NCBI GenBank assembly: GCA_035456125.1
Contig: DATIDT010000029.1
Location: 8,694-72,693, forward strand
Length of the DNA: 64,000 bases
Reading direction: 5' to 3'
Source of the DNA: Gaiellaceae bacterium
Lineage (GTDB): Bacteria > Actinomycetota > Thermoleophilia > Gaiellales > Gaiellaceae
The notes under the pieces are model-generated. The model had not been told where the DNA came from. It worked only from the letters and a program-made list of their open reading frames with translations, and searched no databases. The position numbers and the translations under genes were made by a program. Of this stretch, positions 28,985 through 37,192 are shown one piece after another; positions within the stretch are counted from its first letter, which is position 1; every line of letters starts with the position of its first letter.

Positions 28985-29733
28985 CGCCCGGGCCGCTGCT
29001 CTTCGCGCGCTACGCGTACCCGCCGAACGCGCTCGGCCTTTGCGGCGCAGAGGAGTCCCGCACCCTGCTCGAGTACGGAACCGCCGGCGCTTCCGACGGC
29101 GGCCTCGCCGAGTTGGCGCAGGCCTTCGAGGGCGCCTGGCCGTACCTCACGCTCATCGCCGGCGCGAACGGCATCCACGACCCGCTCGACGCGCGCGTCG
29201 TCGAGGCGTACTGGGTCGGCAACGACCTGCTCGACCGCGTCTCCGGGCAGACGCTCGCGCGCCACATCGAGGACCGCTTCAGAGGGCGCGTAGGGCGCAC
29301 CTGGGAGCGCATCGTCGAGGCGGTGGCGGCAGGGGCGGTGCCGCACCACACGTTCCACGTCTTCGCCGTGTACCCGTGGCTCGGGCTGCTCCGGACCGGC
29401 GAAGCCGCGCAACCGCTGCTCGTGCTCGACCGTTGCCGCATCACGCCGGCCCTCGTCCAGAGCGTGGAGGGCGAAACCGTGAAGGTTCTGGCCCCGGCGC
29501 TCGACTGGGACGGCAGCCGGCTCTCACTCGGCTGGTGGAAGCAGCGGACCGCACGCTTCAGCGAAGACGGGCTCGGGTTCGTCACGCCGGCGCCCGGCGA
29601 CTGGGTATCGCTCCACTGGGATTTCGTCTGCGACCGCCTGACGCTCGCGCAGGCCACGAGCCTCTACCGGGCGACCGAGCGGGCGCTCGTGGCCGTGCAC
29701 GGCTCTGCCGGGACGAAGCTCGTGCTCGGTTAG
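28981..29733 (+). CDS. DUF6390-like protein with a C-terminal HypC-like domain
   Basis: ATGA coupling. N-terminus FARYAYPPNALGLCGAEE. C-terminus ...DRCRITPALVQSVEGETVKV...GDWVSLHWDFVCDRLTLAQA resembles HypC (MCxGxPxxV...GxWVLVHxGFA). Confidence 0.65.
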   Translation: MTPGPLLFARYAYPPNALGLCGAEESRTLLEYGTAGASDGGLAELAQAFEGAWPYLTLIAGANGIHDPLDARVVEAYWVGNDLLDRVSGQTLARHIEDRFRGRVGRTWERIVEAVAAGAVPHHTFHVFAVYPWLGLLRTGEAAQPLLVLDRCRITPALVQSVEGETVKVLAPALDWDGSRLSLGWWKQRTARFSEDGLGFVTPAPGDWVSLHWDFVCDRLTLAQATSLYRATERALVAVHGSAGTKLVLG

Positions 29734-29802
29734 CCGCAGTACTTCTCCGAATGGCGAATCCGGAGCCGCACCGATGCGCAGCGGGCGGGTTGCGGCGACG
29801 TT

Positions 29803-30222
29803 GTGCTCGTGAGCCTGACCGCGTCTGCCCATTCGATTGCCGGAACGTCGAGGCAGAGCGTGCTGATCGACGGCAGGCACCACCTGCTCACGGACGAGCC
29901 GGAGCATCTGGGCGGCACCGACCTGGGCCCGTCGCCGCACGAGCTACTGCCGGCCGCACTCGCGGCGTGCATCTCGCTCACGCTCGTGACGTACGCACGG
30001 ACGAAGAAATGGGACATCGGCGAGGTCACGGTCGACGTCGTGTACGACAGCAAGGCGGTGCCCCGCCGGTTCGACGTGGCGATCGACATCGAGCGGGACG
30101 TCGACGAAGCGCAGCTGGCGCGACTGGAGAAGGTGGCGGCGGCCTGCCCGTTGCGGCGCTCGCTCGAGACCGGCTTCGAGTTCCACGAGGTCGTCCGTCG
30201 CCGCGAGAGCATTGCGGCCTGA
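29803..30222 (+). CDS. OsmC/Ohr-family protein
   Basis: GTG start. ...GGTDLGPSPHELLPAALAACISLT...AACPLRRSL, two conserved Cys. Confidence 0.75.
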   Translation: MLVSLTASAHSIAGTSRQSVLIDGRHHLLTDEPEHLGGTDLGPSPHELLPAALAACISLTLVTYARTKKWDIGEVTVDVVYDSKAVPRRFDVAIDIERDVDEAQLARLEKVAAACPLRRSLETGFEFHEVVRRRESIAA

Positions 30223-30381
30223 GGCGGACATGCCGATCGACACCCGCGACCTGCGCGAGGCGAAGAGCTGCACTCGAAGCAGATCCGGATCCGCAGAAAC
30301 CCGCAGATCGTTCGCCGCCTCCCCCGATGTGGAACCGGAGCCGATGCGCGACGCTTCGTCTACCGAAACGGAGGTCCAGCG

Positions 30382-30891
30382 ATGAGCATCACCGAACGAC
30401 CACCGGCGAGCGCGCAGGCAGATGCGCTGCGCTCGGAGCACGAGCGCCTCGGCGAGCACGCAGAGGAGATTCGCGTCGCCGCGCTCGAGCTGCCCGTCCT
30501 GGCTCCGGAGGAGCGCCGCGTACTGGTCGATCGTATCGTCTCCTTCCTGAGCGGGCCTTTCGCGGCCTACGCCGAGAGCGAGGTGAGAGCCCTTTACCCG
30601 TATCTCGACCGCGTGCTGGACGATCCGCACGCCAGCGCGGGAATGCGCTACGACCTCGAGGCCGTCCGGCAGCTCACCGACCGCTTGCGTGAAGCCGACG
30701 TACGGAACACGCCGGGACTGCAGGAGCTCCTCTACGGGGTGCACGCGATCATCACGCTGCATCTCCGGAAGGAGGACGACCTGTACCTGCCGCGGCTGGC
30801 GCAGGAGCGGCCGGCACAGCTCGAGCACGTGCTGAGGGCGATGCGCGAGGTTCGGTTCGAGCACGACCATCCCGCGCGTGGCGACCTCTGA
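30382..30891 (+). CDS. Hemerythrin (HHE cation-binding)-like protein
   Basis: GGAGG RBS. ...LRSEHERLGEHAEEI... and ...HLRKEDDLYLP... His/Glu helices. Confidence 0.55.
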   Translation: MSITERPPASAQADALRSEHERLGEHAEEIRVAALELPVLAPEERRVLVDRIVSFLSGPFAAYAESEVRALYPYLDRVLDDPHASAGMRYDLEAVRQLTDRLREADVRNTPGLQELLYGVHAIITLHLRKEDDLYLPRLAQERPAQLEHVLRAMREVRFEHDHPARGDL

Positions 30892-30905
30892 AGGGAGGAG
30901 GAATC

Positions 30906-31070
30906 ATGCGCGACACACCTACGCACCCTCGTCGGCGAGTCGAGCACCTCATCGGGCGCGCGGATCGCCTCACGAGCTGGGCGCTCGCCCAGAGCTACCT
31001 GACAACACAGAAAGTCCCACCGAAACGACGGACACCGCCGTTCGTCGACGCTCGCGCACCGAGACGATGA
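30906..31070 (+). CDS. Unlisted 54-aa basic small ORF
   Basis: My translation reads MRDTPTHPRRRVEHLIGRADRLTSWALAQSYLTTQKVPPKRRTPPFVDARAPRR. GGGAGGAGG lies 5 nt before the ATG, and the stop overlaps the next gene start (ATGA). GC3 is only about 70%. Confidence 0.35.
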   Translation: MRDTPTHPRRRVEHLIGRADRLTSWALAQSYLTTQKVPPKRRTPPFVDARAPRR

Positions 31071-31681
31071 GAGCGCCGCCGGCTGCACCCGACCGGCGCC
31101 TGGTCGAGCTGCCGCCTGACGCACCCGTCTGGGAGCGCGTCTTCACCGTTGCGCCACTCGTGCTGATCGGGACGAAGGAGGGCGACGGGTACGACGTCGC
31201 CCCGAAGCATCTCGCGTCCCCATTCGGCTGGGAGAACTCGTTCGGCTTCGTCTGCACGCCGCGGCACGCGACGTACCGCAACGTGGTCGAGCACCGGGCA
31301 TTCACGGTGAGCTTCCCGCGCGCCGACCGCATCCTTCATGCGACGCTCGCCGCCGGCGGGAGACTGGACGACGGGTCGAAGCCGACGCTCGACGCGGTGC
31401 CGACGTTTCCGGCTCACCACATCGACGGTGTCTTCGTCGAAGGCTGTTACCTGTACCTCGAGTGCGAGCTCGACCGAGTCATCGGCGGGTTCGGCGACAA
31501 CGGTCTCATCGTCGGACGGATCGTCGCGAGCAGCGCATGCCAGGAGTTCGTGCGCCGCATCGATCAGGACGATGCCGACGTGCTCGAACGGCTGAATCCG
31601 ATCGTGTACGTCTCGCCCGGCCGATTCGGGATCGTGCGGGAGACGTATTCGTTCCCGTTCCCGATCGGCTTCAGCCGCTGA
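31067..31681 (+). CDS. Flavin reductase-like (FMN-binding split-barrel) protein
   Basis: Internal start MRAPPAAP.... ...VAPLVLIGTKEG.GYDVAPKH... pattern. Confidence 0.6.
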   Translation: MRAPPAAPDRRLVELPPDAPVWERVFTVAPLVLIGTKEGDGYDVAPKHLASPFGWENSFGFVCTPRHATYRNVVEHRAFTVSFPRADRILHATLAAGGRLDDGSKPTLDAVPTFPAHHIDGVFVEGCYLYLECELDRVIGGFGDNGLIVGRIVASSACQEFVRRIDQDDADVLERLNPIVYVSPGRFGIVRETYSFPFPIGFSR

Positions 31682-31683
31682 GC

Positions 31684-32892
31684 ATGCCCCGAGCGCGTGC
31701 GGCAGAGCTGCTCGCCTGGCTCGAGGAGCACGAGCTCGACTTCGTCCGCCTCGTCGAGCGGCTTGCGCGCACGGAGTCGCCCTCGCTCGACGCGTCTGCG
31801 CAGGCGGCCGTCTTCGCGGCGCTCGCGACCGAGCTCGAGAGTGTCGGCTACCGCGTCCGCCGCGTCGATCGGCCGCGCGCCGGCCCGCATCTGTACGCCC
31901 GACCCGCAAGCCGGTGCCGGCACGCCCCGTTCCAGCTCGTCGTCGGTCACATGGACACCGTCTGGCCGGTCGGAACGCTCCGGCAGATGCCCGTCTACCG
32001 GGAAGGCGACATCCTCTTCGGCCCCGGCACGTGCGACATGAAGGCCGGCCTGGCGCAGCTCGTCTTTGCCGTGAAGGCACTGGACGCGTGCCGCCTCGTC
32101 CCGACCGTCACGCCGATCGTCGTCATCAACGCCGACGAGGAGATCGGCAGCCCGACCTCGGAGCGGATGATCGAGCGCTTCGCGCGGCTCGCCGAGCGGG
32201 CGTTCGTGCTGGAGGCGGGCGACGGGCCGGACGGCCGCCTGAAGATCGCCCGCAAAGGCGTCGGCCGCTATGAGCTCAAGGTCCGCGGCCGCGCGTCGCA
32301 TGCCGGCACGAGCTTCGACGAGGGCGTCAGCGCGGTCCTCGAGCTCTCGCATCAGGTGCAGCGCCTGTTCGCGCTGAACGACCCGAGGCACGGTGTGACG
32401 GTCAACGTCGGGACTGTCGACGGCGGGATGCGTCCGAACGTCGTCGCGCCGGAAGCGAGCGCCGAGATCGGCGTTCGAGTGCCGACGGCTCGCGCCGCGC
32501 GCGACCTCGACCGCTCGCTGAGGAGCCTGCGGCCCGTCCTGCGCGGATCGATGCTCGAGCTGAGCGGCGGCATCGGGCGACCTCCGATGGAGGCAACGCC
32601 GCGAAATCGTGCGCTGTTCGCGGTCGCGCAGCGGCTCGGCCGCGACGTCGGGCTCTCGCTGGTCGACGCCGGGCTCGTCGGCGGCGGCTCCGATGCGAAC
32701 ACGACCAGCCGCTATACCGCGACGCTGGACGGCCTTGGCCCGATCGGCGACGGAGACCATGCGACGCACGAGCACATTCGGGTCCGCGCCACGACGCAGC
32801 GGACGGCGCTGCTCGCCCTGCTCCTGCTGGAGCCCGCCTTGCGCCCGGGGCGGCAGGCGCCGCCCCGGGCGGCAAGCGCTACGCCTTCGTGA
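31684..32892 (+). CDS. M20-family metallopeptidase (carboxypeptidase G2-like)
   Basis: VVGHMDTVWP, GTCDMKAG, NADEEIGS, ...GGGSDAN... metal-ligand motifs. Confidence 0.85.
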   Translation: MPRARAAELLAWLEEHELDFVRLVERLARTESPSLDASAQAAVFAALATELESVGYRVRRVDRPRAGPHLYARPASRCRHAPFQLVVGHMDTVWPVGTLRQMPVYREGDILFGPGTCDMKAGLAQLVFAVKALDACRLVPTVTPIVVINADEEIGSPTSERMIERFARLAERAFVLEAGDGPDGRLKIARKGVGRYELKVRGRASHAGTSFDEGVSAVLELSHQVQRLFALNDPRHGVTVNVGTVDGGMRPNVVAPEASAEIGVRVPTARAARDLDRSLRSLRPVLRGSMLELSGGIGRPPMEATPRNRALFAVAQRLGRDVGLSLVDAGLVGGGSDANTTSRYTATLDGLGPIGDGDHATHEHIRVRATTQRTALLALLLLEPALRPGRQAPPRAASATPS

Positions 32893-33301
32893 TCTCGACG
32901 GTCTTCGGCTCCAGGATCCTGGCCTTCGGCGCGTGCACCTCGAGCACGCCCTTCTCGAACGTGGCGCGCAGGTGCTCCGTGTCCGCCTCGGCCGGAAGCA
33001 CGAAGCGGCGCTCGAACTCGCGCGCGAGCCGCTCGTGCAGACGGAAGGCCTTCTCGCCCTGATCCTTCGCGTCGGTGCGCCGACCCTTGATGGTGAGCTG
33101 GTGATCCGACACTTCGATGCCGAGCTCCTCGCGCTCGAAGCCGGGCACCTCGAGCTCGACGACGTACTCGTCGCCGGTCTCGTAGATGTCGGTTGCCGGG
33201 AGCACGGCAGGCGGGACGGTCAGACCGTCCAGCAGTCGAAGCATGCGGCGCTCCATCGTGTCGAAGTCACGAAGAGGCGACCACAGCTGCAGCGTGGTCA
33301 T
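32879..33301 (-). CDS. Hsp20/alpha-crystallin small heat-shock protein
   Basis: AAGGGAGGTG RBS then MTTLQLWSPLRDFD...DIYETGDEYVVELEVPGF...GVLEVHAPK. Confidence 0.9.
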   Translation of the reverse strand: MTTLQLWSPLRDFDTMERRMLRLLDGLTVPPAVLPATDIYETGDEYVVELEVPGFEREELGIEVSDHQLTIKGRRTDAKDQGEKAFRLHERLAREFERRFVLPAEADTEHLRATFEKGVLEVHAPKARILEPKTVEITKA

Positions 33302-33342
33302 GTGTTCACCTCCCTTCGCGGACATGTTCATCCTCGCGCGCG

Positions 33343-33354
33343 CACACGCGTGTG
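33343..33354. promoter_or_regulatory. Perfect 12-bp palindrome CACACGCGTGTG in the hsp20 / CBS-BON divergent promoter
   Basis: Read directly from the sequence. Confidence 0.3.
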
Positions 33355-33501
33355 GCATCGGTTCGGCCACAGATCAGCTGTGTGGAGAAGTACGGAGGCA
33401 AAAAGCGAAGGCGCGCCGATGCCGATTCACGTCTCCGCCGGCACGATGAGGACGAAGCCGCCGGGCCCGGCTTCAGCATGTGCGAAAGGAGGGTGAACGT
33501 G

Positions 33502-34155
33502 ATGAGAGTCGAGGACGTGATGACCCGCGAGGTCGAGGTCGTCGAGAGGCGCACCGGCCTGAAGGACGTGGCGCATCTGCTGTCGATGCACGAGATCAGC
33601 GGCGTCCCCGTGGTCGAGCACGGCGTGCCCGTCGGCGTCGTCTCCGAGTCGGACCTCGTCGCCAAAGAGCAGGAGAGCGAGGCGGAGACGGTGCGGCAAC
33701 GACGGCGCTTGCTGCGGCAGCCCCCGCGCGCGGACGCCGTCGTCGCCGCCGACGTCATGACCGCGCCGCCGGTGACCGTCACGCCGCAGACCTCGGCGGT
33801 CGGAGCTGCGTGGCTGATGACGGAGCACGACATCGACCGCCTGCTCGTGGTGCAGAACGACCGCCTGGTCGGAATCGTCACGCGCAGCGATCTGGTGCGG
33901 GCATTCGGGCGCTCGGACGAGCAGATTCGAGCCGAGATCGTCGGCGACGTCCTGCCTGCGCTCGGCGTTTCGGCGAACAACGTGTCCGTCGCCGTCGACG
34001 ATGGAGTCGTGCTGCTCGCAGGAGAGGTCGAGGACGAGCTCGAGGCGCGCTGCCTGCCGCACGCGGTCCGCTCCGTGCTCGGCGTCGTCGAGGTGCGCTC
34101 CGAGCTGGCGGCGCGGCATCGGAAGCGGCCGCCGGTCGGCGTCTATACGTACTGA
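33502..34155 (+). CDS. CBS-pair + BON domain protein
   Basis: AAAGGAGGG RBS; a GTG at 33499 is also possible. MRVEDVMTREV..., second CBS ...VMTAPPVTV..., C-terminal VAVDDGVVLLAGEVED...VVEVRSEL BON-like. Confidence 0.8.
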   Translation: MRVEDVMTREVEVVERRTGLKDVAHLLSMHEISGVPVVEHGVPVGVVSESDLVAKEQESEAETVRQRRRLLRQPPRADAVVAADVMTAPPVTVTPQTSAVGAAWLMTEHDIDRLLVVQNDRLVGIVTRSDLVRAFGRSDEQIRAEIVGDVLPALGVSANNVSVAVDDGVVLLAGEVEDELEARCLPHAVRSVLGVVEVRSELAARHRKRPPVGVYTY

Positions 34156-34174
34156 TCCCGGCGCCGGCGACCGT

Positions 34175-34408
34175 TCAGTCGGCCGGCGGGCGCAGCACGA
34201 ACTCGCCGTCGCGGAGTGCCGTCGGGACGAGCGGCCTGCGCTGCTCGGCCAGCCATGCGGTCACCGTGGCGCCGACCACGCACCTGGTGTCGAGGATCTC
34301 GACTGCCGTTCCGCGGCGCTGAGCGTGCAGCCCGAGGCCTTCGACGAAACCCTCGAAGTCGACGGCGTCCGTCTCACGCGCAAGCTCGATGGTTGTGCTT
34401 GACGACAT
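34175..34408 (-). CDS. Hypothetical 77-aa protein
   Basis: GAGGAGG RBS, good GC3, no recognised motif. Confidence 0.5.
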   Translation of the reverse strand: MSSSTTIELARETDAVDFEGFVEGLGLHAQRRGTAVEILDTRCVVGATVTAWLAEQRRPLVPTALRDGEFVLRPPAD

Positions 34409-34534
34409 GCATGCCTCCTCTCGAGCGAACCCTGGCAGCGACAGGCGGGGTCGACATCGGGAGAAGCGCGGAACGTCGCTGCGGGTTTCGCGCGTCTCGC
34501 CCCCACCCCGTCCGATTCTGCGAACATCATCTCG

Positions 34535-36154
34535 ATGAACATGCTGCGGGAGACCGACCGTCTCCGAGCGCTGGTCGAGACCGGGATCGCAATCAACTCA
34601 GAGCTTTCGCTGGACGGCGTGCTCGAGCGCATCGTCGAGGCGGCGGCACGCGTGACCGGCGCCCGCTACGCGGCGCTCGGCGTGATCGACCCGACCGGAA
34701 GCGGGCTCGAGCGCTTCGTCACCTACGGCCTGACGCCCGACGTCGAGTCCCAGATCGGGCACCCCCCGCACGGCAGGGGCATCCTCGGCGTCCTCATCGA
34801 GGACGCGCGGCCGTTGCGGCTGCACGACCTGACGCAGGATCCGCGCTCGGTCGGGTTTCCGCCGGGCCATCCCGCGATGCACTCGTTCCTCGGCGTGCCG
34901 ATCAAGCTGCGCGGCGTCGCCTTCGGGAACCTGTACATGACGGAGAAGGAGGGTGGCGACTTCACCGACGAGGACGCTGACCTCGTCTCGCTCCTCGCCG
35001 CGCAAGCAGCCGTGGCCGTTGAGAATGCGCGGCTCTACGAGGCTGCGACGGCATGGTCGAAGCAGCTCGAGTCGCTGAACGAGGTCGGCGCGGCGCTCGT
35101 CGGCGAGCTGGAGCTCGAGCCCTTGCTCGATCTCGTCGCCACGCGTCTGCGCGAGCTGATCGCGGCGCGCGTGGTCGCGATTGCGCTGCCCGCCGCAGGC
35201 GGGCTCCGGATGGCCGCCGCAGTCGGCGACGACGGCGACGTGATGACGGCGATCGGCAACCTTGCGGAATCGTCGAAGACGCAGCGCGTCCTGGAACGCG
35301 GCCAGAGCGAGCGAGTCGACTCGCTGTTCGAGGATCCGGAGGTGAACCAGGTCATTGCGCGGCGTCTCGGAGCGACCACGGGCCTGTACGTGCCGCTCCG
35401 CTCGCGCGAGCGCGCGATCGGCGTGCTCATCGCGCACGACAAGATCGGGCGGGACCAGCGCTTCACCAGCGGCGACCTGCGGCTCGCAGAGCAGTTCGCG
35501 CTCCGCGCGTCGATCGCGGTCGACCTCTCCCAGCGCGTCGCGCGCGACTCGCTGCGCCGGGTCGTCGCCGGCCAGGAGGTGGAGCGCCGCCGTCTCGCAC
35601 GCGAGCTGCACGACGAGACCGGTCAGGCGCTCACGTCGATCCTGCTCGGCCTGCGCGCACTCGAGGAGGGCGGCGACTCGGGTGTCGACGCGCTCCGTGA
35701 GCTCGTCGTGTCGACGTTGCAGGACGTGCGACGCCTGGCCGTGCAGCTCAGGCCGAAGGCGCTCGACGACTTCGGCCTGGTGCCGGCACTCGAGCGCCTC
35801 GCACAGACGTTCTCCGAGTCGAGCGGCATCACGACCGATCTCGAGGCACGACTCGGCGAGGAGCGGCTCCCGGCCGACGTCGAGACGACCGTCTACCGCA
35901 TCGTCCAGGAAGCGCTGACGAACGTCGTCAAGCACGCAGAGGCGAAGAACGTCAGCATCTTGCTCGTGCGACGCGGCTCGGTCGTCACCGCCGTCGTCGA
36001 GGACGACGGGCTCGGGTTCGACGCCCATGCGGTTCGCGACGACAATCTCGGACTCGAGGGGATGCGCGAGCGCGTCGAGCTGCACGACGGCCGTATGACG
36101 GTCGAGACGTCACCCGGTTCGGGCACGACGCTTCGCGTCGAGGTGCCGCTGTGA
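34535..36154 (+). CDS. GAF-GAF sensor histidine kinase (HisKA_3 + HATPase), DosS/DevS-like
   Basis: GAF-A: ...ARYAALGV...IGHPPHGRGILGV...DPRSVGFPPGHPAMHSFLGVPI..FGNLYMTE. H-box RELHDETGQ. G-boxes DDGLGF and GSGTTL. Confidence 0.85.
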   Translation: MNMLRETDRLRALVETGIAINSELSLDGVLERIVEAAARVTGARYAALGVIDPTGSGLERFVTYGLTPDVESQIGHPPHGRGILGVLIEDARPLRLHDLTQDPRSVGFPPGHPAMHSFLGVPIKLRGVAFGNLYMTEKEGGDFTDEDADLVSLLAAQAAVAVENARLYEAATAWSKQLESLNEVGAALVGELELEPLLDLVATRLRELIAARVVAIALPAAGGLRMAAAVGDDGDVMTAIGNLAESSKTQRVLERGQSERVDSLFEDPEVNQVIARRLGATTGLYVPLRSRERAIGVLIAHDKIGRDQRFTSGDLRLAEQFALRASIAVDLSQRVARDSLRRVVAGQEVERRRLARELHDETGQALTSILLGLRALEEGGDSGVDALRELVVSTLQDVRRLAVQLRPKALDDFGLVPALERLAQTFSESSGITTDLEARLGEERLPADVETTVYRIVQEALTNVVKHAEAKNVSILLVRRGSVVTAVVEDDGLGFDAHAVRDDNLGLEGMRERVELHDGRMTVETSPGSGTTLRVEVPL

Positions 36155-36795
36155 CCAGCGTCGTGCTGGTCGACGACCACCACGTCGTGCGGTCCGGCCT
36201 GCGGCTGCTGCTCGACAGCCAGCAGGACATCGAGGTCGTGGGCGAGGCGGGGAATGCGAAGGACGCTGTGTTCCGCGCACGCTCGTTGAAGCCGGACGTG
36301 ATCCTCCTCGACGTCGTCATGCCGGGGGAGAGCGGCATCGAGGTGCTGCCCAGGCTGCTCAAGGAGTCGCCGAGCACGAAGGTGCTCGTGCTCTCGATGC
36401 AGGACGACCCCAGCTACGTCCGCGAGGCGTTCGCGGCCGGAGCGAGCGGCTACGTGCTGAAGGAAGCAGCCGACGAGGAGGTCGTGTCCGCGGTGCGCGA
36501 GGTTGCGGCCGGCGGAAACTACGTCCATCCCGCGCTCGGTGCGCGGATGGTCGCAGCGGAGGCGAGGGAGCGCGCCGACGCGGAGGCCGACCCGCTCTCA
36601 GAGCGTGAGCGTGAGGTACTGCGGCTGCTCGCGCTCGGTCACACGAACCAGGAGATCGCGCAGCAGCTCTACATCTCGGTGCGCACGGCCGAATCGCACC
36701 GGGCGCACATCATGCAGAAGCTTCGTCTGACGACGCGCGCGGAGCTCGTGCGCTACGCGTTGACGCACGGCCTTCTCGCCGAAGAGCCCGACTAG
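36151..36795 (+). CDS. NarL/LuxR-family response regulator, DosR/DevR-like
   Basis: GTGA coupling. VVLVDDHHVVR...DVILLDVVMPG receiver domain. C-terminal LSEREREVLRLLALGHTNQEIA...SVRTAESH HTH. Confidence 0.9.
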   Translation: MTSVVLVDDHHVVRSGLRLLLDSQQDIEVVGEAGNAKDAVFRARSLKPDVILLDVVMPGESGIEVLPRLLKESPSTKVLVLSMQDDPSYVREAFAAGASGYVLKEAADEEVVSAVREVAAGGNYVHPALGARMVAAEARERADAEADPLSEREREVLRLLALGHTNQEIAQQLYISVRTAESHRAHIMQKLRLTTRAELVRYALTHGLLAEEPD

Positions 36796-37112
36796 AGCCC
36801 GAGTCCCAGCCCCAGCTTCTCCTCGCCGCGCTTCCAATGGTAGTGCTCGTGTGCGAGCCGCGGCGTACCGTCGATCAGCTTCTCCCACGGCGCGAAGAAC
36901 ACGGCGACCGACGGATCGTCGATGAGCTCGTTCACCTTCCACTCCACCTCCGGGGCGTCGAACACGAACACCACCTCAGAGGCGGTCAGGTAGGCCGAGT
37001 GTGCCTCCAGTCCCACCTCCTCGGGGTCGAAGGGTGGCCCCTCGAGCACCAGCGTCTTCGCCTCGTCGTATGCGTCGTCGCGCAGCCTTGCCACGATCAT
37101 CAACCGGTCCAT
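36792..37112 (-). CDS. TcmI-like small protein, paralog of 12089..12418
   Basis: AAGGAGGAGCG RBS. MDRLMIVARLRDD...EVVFVFDAPEVEW...HYHW. Roughly 40-45% identity by eye to the other copy. Confidence 0.6.
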   Translation of the reverse strand: MDRLMIVARLRDDAYDEAKTLVLEGPPFDPEEVGLEAHSAYLTASEVVFVFDAPEVEWKVNELIDDPSVAVFFAPWEKLIDGTPRLAHEHYHWKRGEEKLGLGLGL

Positions 37113-37192
37113 CGCTCCTCCTTCGTCTCCGCCTTTCGCCAAAGCCTCACGCCGGATGCAGCACGCGGCATCGGTGGATGGGCGCGACGCGC

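Noticed and set aside
30230-30385. 51-codon ORF (MPIDTRDLREAKS...) ending in ATGA on the hemerythrin-like start
   Set aside because: It has only a weak purine patch upstream, Ser/Arg-rich low-complexity content, moderate GC3 and no motif. The coupling alone is insufficient, so it is not called as a gene.
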